A stretch of DNA of 39,899 nucleotides, taken from NCBI GenBank assembly GCA_963821525.1, contig CAWGED010000009.1:1-39899 (forward strand). Direction: 5' to 3'. The position numbers and the translations under genes were made by a program. The DNA comes from an uncultured Gemmatimonadales bacterium (GTDB lineage Bacteria > Gemmatimonadota > Gemmatimonadetes > Gemmatimonadales > GWC2-71-9). Position 1 is the stretch's first letter. Each line of letters opens with the position of its first letter. This document shows, in pieces, positions 26,078-34,962 of this stretch. The notes beneath the pieces are model-generated. The model saw nothing but the letters and a program-made list of their open reading frames with translations. It was not told the DNA's origin and did no database searches.

Positions 26078-29000
26078 ATGGACAATCGCGCCCTAGGTCT
26101 CGGCTTCGTGGCGGCCGCCGCGGTCGCGGTGGCTTCGATCGCCCGCCCCAGCGCGCCGCGTCCCGGACCGGCGGATTCCGCCAGCGTCGCTCAGGCCACG
26201 AAAGAGACCGGACCGGCCGACGCGCCCTTCGAGCGAGGTGAGGATCTGCTCGCCGGCTTCTTCGGTGCGGCTCCCACCGTCAGCGACAGCTTCTCACTCG
26301 ACGTTCTGATCGCCTGCGTCCCCGATCCCTACGACTCCCATCTCGACTGGTCGTTCGACGGGGCGCTGGAAACCATCCGCCGCGCCTTCGAGACCGCCGG
26401 CTACGTGACCGACCGCTTCTGGCTCCCGGGCCAGCGCGACAGCGTGCGGCGAGCCGGTCACGGGCGAGTCCCTCTTCGCGAGGTGCGGCCCGGGGTCGTG
26501 CTGTTCCGGAGCAGCAACTCGGGTGACCGCCGGCTGCACTTGCTCTATCTGATTCACGAGCTGCCCACCCGCGGCATCTACAAGGAGGCGCTGAGTACCG
26601 CGCTGGAGGAGCGCCGCCTGCTGCTAGGCCCTGGAAAGCTGCCGCTCCGGGCGGAACGCGCCGGGCCGATCCGCATCATCGGCCCGAATTTCTCCGGCTC
26701 CGCGCTGTCCCTGCAGTTGGCGCTTAAGAGCTGGCTCGCCCGGCACCCCGAAGACTCGGTTGAGATGCTGAGCGGGACGGCGACCAGCAGGGACAACCTC
26801 GCGACGCTGGACCTCCCGACACTGCGCATGCACTTCAGGGCCACGATCAACGCCGACGACCAGTTGAGTGGGTCGATGAAGGTCACGATGAATCGGCTGG
26901 GACTCAGCGATTCCCAGGTCGCGCTGCTGCGGGAATCCTCGACCCAATACGGGCAGGGACTCATCGCCGATTCCAGCGACTTTCTCATCGTCCCTTTTCC
27001 GATGAGCATCTCGAGCCTGCGCAGCGAGTACCAGCGGGTTCCATCGGCGGAGGAGGCGGCGCAGGCCCTGCCCGGTGGTGAGACGCCCCGGCTCCCGCTC
27101 GACCTGCTCGATCCAGCCCGCCCCAAAGAGGACTTTCCGGTCACCTCGCGACTCTCGCCCCTGGCCCTGGATCTGATGCTTGACGACCTGGCGCGAACGC
27201 TCAATCGCCACCGGATCCGGATGGTAGGCCTGCTGGCGACCGACGTGCGGGACAAGCTGTTCCTGGGGGAGGAGCTGCGGAAACGGATGCCCGACGTGCA
27301 GTTCTTTACCTATGAGAGCAACGTGCTGTATTTGCGCTCGGACAAGAATCTCGCCCTTCGTGGCATGCTGGTGTTCGCGACCTATCCACTCATTCTCGAC
27401 AACCAGTGGTTCACGGCTGACGCGGATCAAAAGCAGCGCTTCGCCTTCAGCAGCGACGGAGTGCAAGGGACCTACAACGCCACCCTCATGCAGCTCGGCT
27501 ACGAGAAGGCGGTCCTCGACTACCGGCCAACCAGGAAATACCGGGAGGACAGAGATCCGCAGCCGGGAGACACCCTGCCTCGAGATTCCTTGTTGCAAAC
27601 GCGGTTGAGGCCGCCAGTGTGGCTTTCCACGGTTGGCAACAAGACCTTCCTTCCCATTCGCATCGACACGGTTTCGGATACCAGCTACCTTGCCGCCCCC
27701 TGCAAGGTTCGAACTCAGTGTCCCGCGGTGCCGAAGAAGTACCCGTCCCTCAATCTCCCGTTCTTGCCATTGGCGGCGATAATGCTCGCCGGTTTCGCTC
27801 TGTTCATTCTTGCCGTCGGCAACATCAGGCTCGATCTCCAGCGCCGATCGCATGCCCGAACGGGTACCAGCTGGGAGTATGACCTTCGGCCAATCGCGGA
27901 CCAGCTGGCCGAAAGTTCTCTGCGTCTGCATGACCGGTTTTACGGGCTTCTCAGGGTCGTCGCGTTCTTCTGCATACTGCTCGCCACCTGTGCGCCGGTG
28001 CTCCGGCTCGTGTTCCGAACCAACAGCGATGTCTCCCTCAAGGTCTTGGGAGCGCTGATCACGATTGCCGGTGTGGCTGGTTTGACCGCGCTCCTGAGCG
28101 GGATCATCTCGGTACTGGCACTCGCGGTACAGCTGGGCCGGCAGGGACTCAAGTTTTTCTGGAGCGGCCCCTGGCGTATTCCGAGTGAACCATGGGCCTG
28201 GCGAGTCGACGTGCTGGCACGAATCGCCACGGCGGTGTTCGGGGTGGTCTATCTGAGTCTCTCGATCGGCTTCGTCACCGACGTCATGAATCTGGCGACG
28301 CCCGACCCGGGGCGATGGTGGCTCTTCTTTCGCCGCGCGGTCGAGATCGACAGCATGGTTTCGCCGGTGCTCCCGCTCGTGCTGGGGGGGCTCGGCCTCG
28401 CAGTGTGGTGTACCTGGCACCTCCGCCGAATCGCACTGCTGCAGCAACGGACCATCTTCGAGAGCGTCTGTGAAACCGAGTTGAGCTCCCCACGAAAACC
28501 TCGCACGACGTTCCGCACCGCCCTCCGGGATGACCTGCGCCGCTCCGCCGTGGATATCCGAACCATCCGGCTTCGACTGTTTCGGGTGGCTCCCAGCAAC
28601 TGGGCCGTGGGCCTCATTGTCGCCTTCCTCTGCCTCGGTGTCTGGGTCGGCCCTCAGTTCGGGCGATCGTTGGAAGCGCTCATGAGCGACGCGCCGGACG
28701 GGGTACCCATGTTCGACAAGCTCTTCCGGCTCATGGTCTTCGCCATGCTGCTCGCCACGTCATGGGGCGCCTTCCGCCTGGCAGTTGTGTGGCTGGGTCT
28801 GAGGAAGTGCCTGGAAGGATTCGCCCGGATGCCGATCGTTACCGCGTTCGATCGCCTGCCTCCGCGCCTGGCTCGACTGACTCAGCTCTCGCTGCCGGGC
28901 CCCGCGTCGGGAACCGCGATAGGCGCCGTGGCCGATCTGCAATGGCTCCACTTGCAGGGAATCCATCAGGCCAAGAAAGAGGAGTTTGCCAAGGAGCTGG

Positions 29001-29704
29001 GGCCGGATCGTGCCGAGCTGACGGAAGTCGTCGCCGATTTGATGAAGGAGCCTGCGGCACAGGAGCTCGCACTGACCTCGAGGGGCCGGCGGGCGCTGGT
29101 CGAGCGCCTGGGCACGCTGCACGACGTCCTGCGTGAGCTCTGGCGTCTCGAGCCAATGAAGGCCGACGTCAACGCGTTGATCGAGGGGCTGAACAAGGAA
29201 TTCGAGAAACCGGTGCCTCGCGGCGGTGAAGAGGCCTCCACCGCATTGTTGATTCGGCGAGGATTCGCCGGTCCGGTCCGGCTATGGGTGCGCGCCGCGG
29301 AGGAGTACGCTGGAACCCGGATGGTGGAGTATGTCGAGTGGGTTACCCGTCACCTCCGCGAGCTTGCGCTGTTCATGCTGCTCTCGCTTCTGCTGGCCAC
29401 ACTGCTGCTCGCCAGCTACCCCTACCCTCCGCAGAGCCTGCTGCGGCTGATCCTCCTCGTGGTTCTCGGTGGGACCGTCGGGAGCCTCATCTTCGTCCTG
29501 ATCCAGATGAACCGCGACGAAGTATTGAGCCGGATCGACCGGACCGAGCCGGGGAAGGTGACCTGGAATCTGAGATTCGTGATGAACCTGCTGACCTTCG
29601 GGGCCCTGCCGCTGCTTACCCTGCTGAGCTCCGAGTTCCCCGAGCTGCGGAAATTCCTGTTTGCGTGGGCTGAGCCGATTTTGAAGATGCTTGCTAAACA
29701 GTAA
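26078..29704 (+). CDS. Large hypothetical membrane protein: periplasmic-binding-protein type I-like ectodomain plus ~10 TM helices
   Basis: 1208-aa ORF with a signal/anchor, then ~540 soluble residues containing IIGPNFSGS and VALLRESSTQYGQG, then ~7 TM segments, a soluble region and 3 C-terminal TM segments. The fold call is inference. Confidence 0.8.
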   Translation: MDNRALGLGFVAAAAVAVASIARPSAPRPGPADSASVAQATKETGPADAPFERGEDLLAGFFGAAPTVSDSFSLDVLIACVPDPYDSHLDWSFDGALETIRRAFETAGYVTDRFWLPGQRDSVRRAGHGRVPLREVRPGVVLFRSSNSGDRRLHLLYLIHELPTRGIYKEALSTALEERRLLLGPGKLPLRAERAGPIRIIGPNFSGSALSLQLALKSWLARHPEDSVEMLSGTATSRDNLATLDLPTLRMHFRATINADDQLSGSMKVTMNRLGLSDSQVALLRESSTQYGQGLIADSSDFLIVPFPMSISSLRSEYQRVPSAEEAAQALPGGETPRLPLDLLDPARPKEDFPVTSRLSPLALDLMLDDLARTLNRHRIRMVGLLATDVRDKLFLGEELRKRMPDVQFFTYESNVLYLRSDKNLALRGMLVFATYPLILDNQWFTADADQKQRFAFSSDGVQGTYNATLMQLGYEKAVLDYRPTRKYREDRDPQPGDTLPRDSLLQTRLRPPVWLSTVGNKTFLPIRIDTVSDTSYLAAPCKVRTQCPAVPKKYPSLNLPFLPLAAIMLAGFALFILAVGNIRLDLQRRSHARTGTSWEYDLRPIADQLAESSLRLHDRFYGLLRVVAFFCILLATCAPVLRLVFRTNSDVSLKVLGALITIAGVAGLTALLSGIISVLALAVQLGRQGLKFFWSGPWRIPSEPWAWRVDVLARIATAVFGVVYLSLSIGFVTDVMNLATPDPGRWWLFFRRAVEIDSMVSPVLPLVLGGLGLAVWCTWHLRRIALLQQRTIFESVCETELSSPRKPRTTFRTALRDDLRRSAVDIRTIRLRLFRVAPSNWAVGLIVAFLCLGVWVGPQFGRSLEALMSDAPDGVPMFDKLFRLMVFAMLLATSWGAFRLAVVWLGLRKCLEGFARMPIVTAFDRLPPRLARLTQLSLPGPASGTAIGAVADLQWLHLQGIHQAKKEEFAKELGPDRAELTEVVADLMKEPAAQELALTSRGRRALVERLGTLHDVLRELWRLEPMKADVNALIEGLNKEFEKPVPRGGEEASTALLIRRGFAGPVRLWVRAAEEYAGTRMVEYVEWVTRHLRELALFMLLSLLLATLLLASYPYPPQSLLRLILLVVLGGTVGSLIFVLIQMNRDEVLSRIDRTEPGKVTWNLRFVMNLLTFGALPLLTLLSSEFPELRKFLFAWAEPILKMLAKQ

Positions 29705-29707
29705 GAC

Positions 29708-29764
29708 AAAGTACCGAGTACCGAGTTAGGTCCTAGGTACTCGGTACTAGGTACTCGGTACTTT
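29708..29764. repeat. Inverted 7-mer arrays (AGTACCG)n / (GGTACTC)n between convergent genes, possible bidirectional terminator
   Basis: aaagtaccgagtacc (29708-29722) is the exact reverse complement of ggtactcggtacttt (29750-29764). Confidence 0.85.
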
Positions 29765-29765
29765 A

Positions 29766-31139
29766 TTAGTACCGTCCCAAATAATTCTCCACCTCCCACC
29801 TCGTCACCTGCGTGTTGTACCGCAGAACCTCCTCCCGCTTCGCTTCGAGGAACCGCTCGGTCAGGTGCTCCCCCAGGGCCGCCTTGATCACGTCGTCCTT
29901 CTCGAAGCGATCCAGCGCCTCGTGCAGGTCCCGGGGCAGGTCGTCGATCTGGTACTTCCGGCGGTCGCGATAGCTCATCCGGAAGATGTTGCGATTAACC
30001 GGCTCCCGGCATTCGAGCTTCTGCACCACGCCGTCGAGCCCGGCCGCGAACTGCACCGCGAGAGACAAATAGGGATTGGCGGAAGGGTCCGGCATCCGAA
30101 GCTCACAGCGGGTGCCCACTCCGCGCCGCTCAGGGATCCGGACCAGCGGGGAACGGTTCCGCATGGACCAGGCGACGTTGACCGGCGCCTCGTAGCCCGG
30201 CACCAGGCGCTTGTAGCTGTTGATGAGCGGATTGGTGATGGCGCAGAACCCCCTGGCGTGCTGCAGCAGTCCCTCCACGTAGTTCAGCGCTACCGCCGAA
30301 AGCTGGTGGTCGGTCTTCGGGTCGAAGAAGGCGTTGTCCTTGCCGCGGAAGAGAGACTGGTGGGTGTGCATGCCGCTCCCGTTCTGGCCCATGATCGGCT
30401 TGGGCATGAAGGAAGCGACGAAGCCGTGCCGGTTCGCCACGTTCCGCACCACGAACCGGAAGGTGGCGATGTTGTCCGCCGTGGTGAGCGCGTCCGCATA
30501 CTTGAAGTCCACCTCGTGCTGGCCCGGCGCCACCTCGTGGTGCGCGGCCTCGACCTCGAAGCCCATCAATTCGAGATCGTTCACGATCATCCGCCGGATT
30601 TCCTCACCCCGGTCTACCGGCGTCAGATCGAAGTACGAGGCGTCGTCGTGGGTCGTCGTGGTCGGATTGTCAGAGGCATCCTTCTCGAAGAGAAAGAACT
30701 CCACCTCGCAGCCCGCCATCAGCGTGTAGCCCAGATCCTCCGCCTTGCCGATCGTGCGCTTGAGCGTCAGCCGGGGACATCCCGCAAAGGCCTCGTGGTC
30801 CGGGGTGTAGATGTCGCAGATGAGGCGCCCTACCCGCCCGCCCTCGTCGTCCGACGGAAGCAGCCGGAAAGTCGGCAGGTCAGGGACGAGGAGCATATCG
30901 CTCTCCTCGATCCGCACGAACCCCTCGATGGACGAGCCATCGAACATGATCTCCCCGTCCAGTGCCTTCTCGAACTGGCTCTTCGGCACCTCGACATTCT
31001 TGTTGATCCCCAGGATGTCGGTGAACTGGAGCCGGAGAAAGTCCACCTGGAACTCGGTGGCCAGCTTCAGCACCTCGGCCTTGGAGACCCGGTCGAAGTG
31101 GCGGGGGAAGTCGGACGCTGGCGGACGCGATGGGGGCAT
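29766..31139 (-). CDS. glnA: Glutamine synthetase type I (GSI-alpha-like)
   Basis: Motifs FTDILG, FDGSSIEGFVRIEESDM, EVEFF, HHEVAPGQHE, FMPKP..GQNGSGMH, NSYKRLVPGYEAP, NRSPLVRIP and ELRMPDPSANPYL. Confidence 0.96.
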   Translation of the reverse strand: MPPSRPPASDFPRHFDRVSKAEVLKLATEFQVDFLRLQFTDILGINKNVEVPKSQFEKALDGEIMFDGSSIEGFVRIEESDMLLVPDLPTFRLLPSDDEGGRVGRLICDIYTPDHEAFAGCPRLTLKRTIGKAEDLGYTLMAGCEVEFFLFEKDASDNPTTTTHDDASYFDLTPVDRGEEIRRMIVNDLELMGFEVEAAHHEVAPGQHEVDFKYADALTTADNIATFRFVVRNVANRHGFVASFMPKPIMGQNGSGMHTHQSLFRGKDNAFFDPKTDHQLSAVALNYVEGLLQHARGFCAITNPLINSYKRLVPGYEAPVNVAWSMRNRSPLVRIPERRGVGTRCELRMPDPSANPYLSLAVQFAAGLDGVVQKLECREPVNRNIFRMSYRDRRKYQIDDLPRDLHEALDRFEKDDVIKAALGEHLTERFLEAKREEVLRYNTQVTRWEVENYLGRY

Positions 31140-31162
31140 AGGGAGAGAAAAGTAAGGAGGAC

Positions 31163-31234
31163 GGTACCGAGTACCGAGCTGAGAGCTAAGGGCTGATGGC
31201 TGACAGCTCCACTCAGTCCTCAGTCCTCAGTCCT
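31163..31234 (+). repeat. Composite 7-mer arrays: (GTACCGA)2, (GCTGANN)n, (CTCAGTC)3
   Basis: ggtaccgagtaccgag, gctgagagctaagggctgatggctgacagct and ctcagtcctcagtcctcagtcct, in the gap upstream of glnA. Confidence 0.8.
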
Positions 31235-31247
31235 TTCTACTCGTCAC

Positions 31248-31523
31248 TCAACTGAGGCTGTCGAGAATCTTCCACAGCTCGATCGGGCTGAACTCGTTGA
31301 ACCGGCCGACGATGTCGCGCTCGGTCCATTCCCGGAAAATCCAGCCCGTACTGCGATGGCGGGAGCCTTCGACGAAGTGCAGCCGGCCTTCGGCCAGCCT
31401 GCCCTCGTTCCGAGTCTCCAGATACACGCTCCAGCGGACCTGGCTGCGGGCCAAGTCACCCAGATGCCGTGCGGCGGGGGCCTCGGGGAGAACTGCCGGT
31501 TGGGGGTGCTGAGGAATACCCAT
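31248..31523 (-). CDS. Hypothetical protein, 91 aa
   Basis: GAGGGAG RBS before the ATG at 31523. Protein-like, aromatic-rich sequence (WSVYLET, GRLHF, TGWIFRE). Co-oriented upstream of glnA. Confidence 0.7.
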   Translation of the reverse strand: MGIPQHPQPAVLPEAPAARHLGDLARSQVRWSVYLETRNEGRLAEGRLHFVEGSRHRSTGWIFREWTERDIVGRFNEFSPIELWKILDSLS

Positions 31524-31583
31524 CGTCACTCCCTCGGTGGTTGTGTTCACGGTAATGCGGCTGGGTCAGGGCCGCCACCCCGC

Positions 31584-31725
31584 GGCGGTCGGGCGAACAA
31601 GGCGAACGGGGCGGACAGGGCGGGCGAAACGCTGACCTCATTGCGACCCGATCGCCCTGTCCGACTTGTCCGCCTTGACCGCCCTGTTCGCCTCCCGCCC
31701 TACCGCCTTCCCGCCTGTCCGCCCT
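31584..31725. repeat. Inverted pair of 8/9-mer arrays (GGCGAACAA/GGCGGACAG)n and (CGCCCTGTC/CGCCTTGAC)n
   Basis: Left arm 31584-31622, right arm 31653-31725. cggacagggcg is the reverse complement of cgccctgtccg. Confidence 0.8.
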
Positions 31726-31741
31726 ACATTCCCGACCACTC

Positions 31742-32485
31742 ATGACCTGCCCCGCCTGCGGTGCCAATGTCACCGGAAACTTCTGCGCCGAATGCGGGAC
31801 CGCCATGGCCGCCCGCCAATGCGTGAAATGCCAGGCCACGCTCTCGCCGGGGGCGAGGTTCTGTCACCGGTGCGGTCACGCGGTCCACGGGGCCAAGTCA
31901 AGCTCAGACACGCCCTGGTACGTGGCATTGACCATCATCGCGGTATCGGTGGGAGCGATCCTCTACGTGGTTCTGGTCAAGCATCCCGAGGCGGAGCGGC
32001 CGGATATGGCCAACACCGGCGCCCCGGCGAACGGCCCGGCTGGCGCCAGACCGCCCGACATCAGCCAGATGAGTCCCGATGAGCGGTTCATCCGGCTCAA
32101 CGACCGGGTGATGAACGCGATCGAGCAGGGCGACTCCGCCACTGCCACTCGGTTCCTCCCGATGGCGCTCGCCGCCTACGGGCAACTGGATCGCAGCGAC
32201 ATCGATCTCCGCTATCACGCCGCGATCCTGCACGTGGCCGCCGGCGATCTCCCCGAGGCCGCGGCGCTCGCCGATTCGATTACGGCCGAGGTGAAGGATC
32301 ACCTCTTTGGATCGATGATCCGCGCCGCCGTCGCCGAGGCCAGGGGAGATAAGGCAGGCATTGCGAAGGCTCACAAGGCGTTTCTCAGTCACTACGATGC
32401 GGAAATCGCCCAGAATCGCCCCGAATACCAGGAGCACAAGGCGGCGCTCGAAGAGTTCCGCCGCCAGGCATCCCAGACCCCATGA
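31742..32485 (+). CDS. Double zinc-ribbon domain membrane protein with a helical (TPR-like) C-terminus
   Basis: CPACG, CAECG, CVKC and CHRCG, then one TM helix and an Ala-rich helical C-terminal domain. Confidence 0.8.
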   Translation: MTCPACGANVTGNFCAECGTAMAARQCVKCQATLSPGARFCHRCGHAVHGAKSSSDTPWYVALTIIAVSVGAILYVVLVKHPEAERPDMANTGAPANGPAGARPPDISQMSPDERFIRLNDRVMNAIEQGDSATATRFLPMALAAYGQLDRSDIDLRYHAAILHVAAGDLPEAAALADSITAEVKDHLFGSMIRAAVAEARGDKAGIAKAHKAFLSHYDAEIAQNRPEYQEHKAALEEFRRQASQTP

Positions 32486-33321
32486 CCACAACGATCCACG
32501 TCGCCCACAGTCCTGATTCCGACGACGCGTTCATGTTCTACGCCCTCGCCGAGGGTAAAATCGACACCGGCGACCTGCGTTACGTGCACGAGCTGTCGGA
32601 CATCGAGTCGCTGAATCACCGCGCCCTCAAGGGAGAGCTGGAGGTGACGGCAGTCTCCATCCACGCCTATGCCTATCTCCATCGGACCTACGCCCTGCTG
32701 AACAGCGGCTCCTCGATGGGGGACCGCTATGGCCCGCGGCTGGTTTCGAAGACGGCGCGGCCGACGGATCCCAGATCGGCCCTCCGCGGGCTCCGGATAG
32801 GGGTTCCGGGCAAGCTCACCACGGCGTATCTCACCCTTAAGCTCTACCAGCCCGAATTCATCGAGGTCGTGCTGCCCTTCGACACGATCGAGGACGCGGT
32901 GCTGCAGGGAGAGGTGGATGTGGGCCTGCTGATCCATGAGGGTCAGTTGACCTTCGCCGACCGGGGTCTCCACCTTTGGACTGACTTGGGAGAATGGTGG
33001 TACGACGACACCGGGCTCCCCCTCCCCCTTGGCGGCAATGTGGTGCGACGGGATCTCGGCCCGGCAGTTATTCAGCAGGTGGCCCGGGACCTCAAGGCGA
33101 GCATCGTGTATGCTCTCGAGCACCGCGCCCCGGCCTTAGCGCACGCCAGCCGGTTCAACCGGGGAATAGGCGAAGAGCGAACCGACCGGTTCGTCGGGAT
33201 GTACGTCAACCATTGGACCGTGGACTATGGAGACGAGGGTCGGGAGGCGGTGCGTGCCCTCCTCGACCGGGCCTGGTCTGCCGGGCTCGTCCCGGAAAAA
33301 ATCGCTGTGGATTTTGTGTAG
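32482..33321 (+). CDS. mqnD: 1,4-dihydroxy-6-naphthoate synthase (futalosine menaquinone pathway, MqnA/MqnD family)
   Basis: Motifs HSPDSDDAFMFYAL, DIESLN, VPGKLTTAYL, GLLIHEGQLT, DLGEWW..TGLPLPLG and MYVN. Confidence 0.88.
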   Translation: MTTTIHVAHSPDSDDAFMFYALAEGKIDTGDLRYVHELSDIESLNHRALKGELEVTAVSIHAYAYLHRTYALLNSGSSMGDRYGPRLVSKTARPTDPRSALRGLRIGVPGKLTTAYLTLKLYQPEFIEVVLPFDTIEDAVLQGEVDVGLLIHEGQLTFADRGLHLWTDLGEWWYDDTGLPLPLGGNVVRRDLGPAVIQQVARDLKASIVYALEHRAPALAHASRFNRGIGEERTDRFVGMYVNHWTVDYGDEGREAVRALLDRAWSAGLVPEKIAVDFV

Positions 33322-33403
33322 CCTTTCAGCTTGGTGACGCGGGATATATTGTTAGAAGACTGAGGTTTAGGCGGACCAGCGGGTCCTGACCGATGGAGGC
33401 AGA

Positions 33404-34468
33404 GTGCCCTTGTCCGACGCGCCGATAAGCATACTCGTGGTGGATGACGAGGAGCCGATCCGTAACGCACTGAAGAAATTCCTCACACAGCAAGGGTACG
33501 ACGTCAGCACCGCAGCCTCCGGAGACGAGGCACTGAAGGCCTTACAACGGCAGAAGATTGCCTGCGTGCTGCTGGACGTGCGGATGCCGGGCCGGAGCGG
33601 GATCGACCTGGTGCCCCAGGTGATCGAGATCGAGCCTGCGATCGCCATCCTCATGCTCACCGCGGTCAACGATGCCACGACCGCCGCACTGTGCATGCAG
33701 CGTGGCGCCATGGATTACCTCACCAAGCCGATCGATCTGAGCGACCTGGCCCGCGCCATCCTTCGGGCCATCCGGCGTCGCGACAGCATGATCGAGCAGC
33801 AGAACCTCAACCAGTGGCTCAAGGAAGAGGTCGCCGTTCGTACCGCCGAGCTGCGGCGGGAGCGGGGCAAGCTGGAGCGGATCTCGGTCGCGACGCTGGA
33901 GGCCCTGGTCAATGCGCTCGAGGCAAAGGACGCCTACCAGCGGGGACATTCGGCCCGGGTCGCCGACATGGGCGCCATGATCGCCTCCGAGCTCGGCATG
34001 AACGACGAGGACGTCGAGAGGGTTCGGATGGCCGGCCGGCTGCACGACATCGGCAAGATCGGTGTTCGGGAAGAGGTCCTGAACAAGGAGGGCCCGCTCA
34101 CCAGCGACGAGTACGAGTCGGTGAAGCAGCACGTGGTGGTCGGGTCACAGATCCTCGCTCCGCTGGCGCATCTGGGAGAAATCATCTCCTTCGTGAGGAG
34201 CCATCACGAGCGCTGGGACGGGCAGGGGTATCCCGACAAGATCCGGGGTGACGCGATTCCCATGGGGGCCCGGATTCTAGGCGCGGCCGAGATCTACGAC
34301 GCCCTCACGACATCGCGTCCCTATCAGGAGAAGATGCCGCCCGACGTGGCGGTCGAGCGGATGCGGGACCTGGCGGGGACGGTGATCGACCCCGATGTGT
34401 ACAAGGCACTCGAGTCCGCGGTGAAGCGGAGACAGGCGCTGGTTTTCCTGGACGACGCAAGGGCGTGA
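33404..34468 (+). CDS. Response regulator with HD-GYP cyclic dinucleotide phosphodiesterase domain (RpfG-like)
   Basis: Receiver motifs ILVVDDE, LLDVRMPG and YLTKP; HD-GYP motifs EAKDAYQRGHSARV, LHDIGK, HHERWDGQGYP and SRPY. Confidence 0.93.
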   Translation: MPLSDAPISILVVDDEEPIRNALKKFLTQQGYDVSTAASGDEALKALQRQKIACVLLDVRMPGRSGIDLVPQVIEIEPAIAILMLTAVNDATTAALCMQRGAMDYLTKPIDLSDLARAILRAIRRRDSMIEQQNLNQWLKEEVAVRTAELRRERGKLERISVATLEALVNALEAKDAYQRGHSARVADMGAMIASELGMNDEDVERVRMAGRLHDIGKIGVREEVLNKEGPLTSDEYESVKQHVVVGSQILAPLAHLGEIISFVRSHHERWDGQGYPDKIRGDAIPMGARILGAAEIYDALTTSRPYQEKMPPDVAVERMRDLAGTVIDPDVYKALESAVKRRQALVFLDDARA

Positions 34469-34502
34469 TCCTGCTCCGGGGGATTCCCCGCACGAGGTCG
34501 GG

Positions 34503-34531
34503 GGCCGCCCGGTTGGCGGCCTTTGCCTTTT
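34503..34531 (+). terminator. Possible intrinsic terminator downstream of the HD-GYP gene
   Basis: GGCCGCC-cggtt-GGCGGCC stem followed by TTTGCCTTTT. Confidence 0.45.
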
Positions 34532-34590
34532 AAGACGGTGCGGCTTCCGGGAGACCGGTCCCGTTGCACCGTTCGCCGTGAGCGTGCCTG

Positions 34591-34962
34591 ATGAGCAAGC
34601 TGGTGCTGGTCATCGAAGACGATCCCGATCAGCGGCGCTTCCTGGAACGGATGCTGGGCGCGAGCGGCTATCGCGTGGTTACCGTGGCGGACGGCGAAGC
34701 CGGATTGGCCGCCGCCGCGGCTCAGACTCCAGACGTGGTGGTGCTTGACGTGATGATGCCCCGCCTCAACGGGTACCAGACCTGCCGCAAACTCAAGAAG
34801 GACCCGCTCACCGCCCGGTGCCCGGTGATCATGCTCACCGCGAAAGATCAGGCCGCCGACGAGTACTGGGCTACCGAAGTCGGGGCCGACGCCTTTCTCA
34901 GTAAGCCCATTGACCTGCCCATCCTCCTGGAGACGCTAGGACGGCTCACGGAGTCTTCGTGA
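34591..34962 (+). CDS. Single-domain response regulator (CheY-like receiver)
   Basis: Motifs VIEDD, VVLDVMMP, MLTAK and FLSKP. Confidence 0.93.
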   Translation: MSKLVLVIEDDPDQRRFLERMLGASGYRVVTVADGEAGLAAAAAQTPDVVVLDVMMPRLNGYQTCRKLKKDPLTARCPVIMLTAKDQAADEYWATEVGADAFLSKPIDLPILLETLGRLTESS

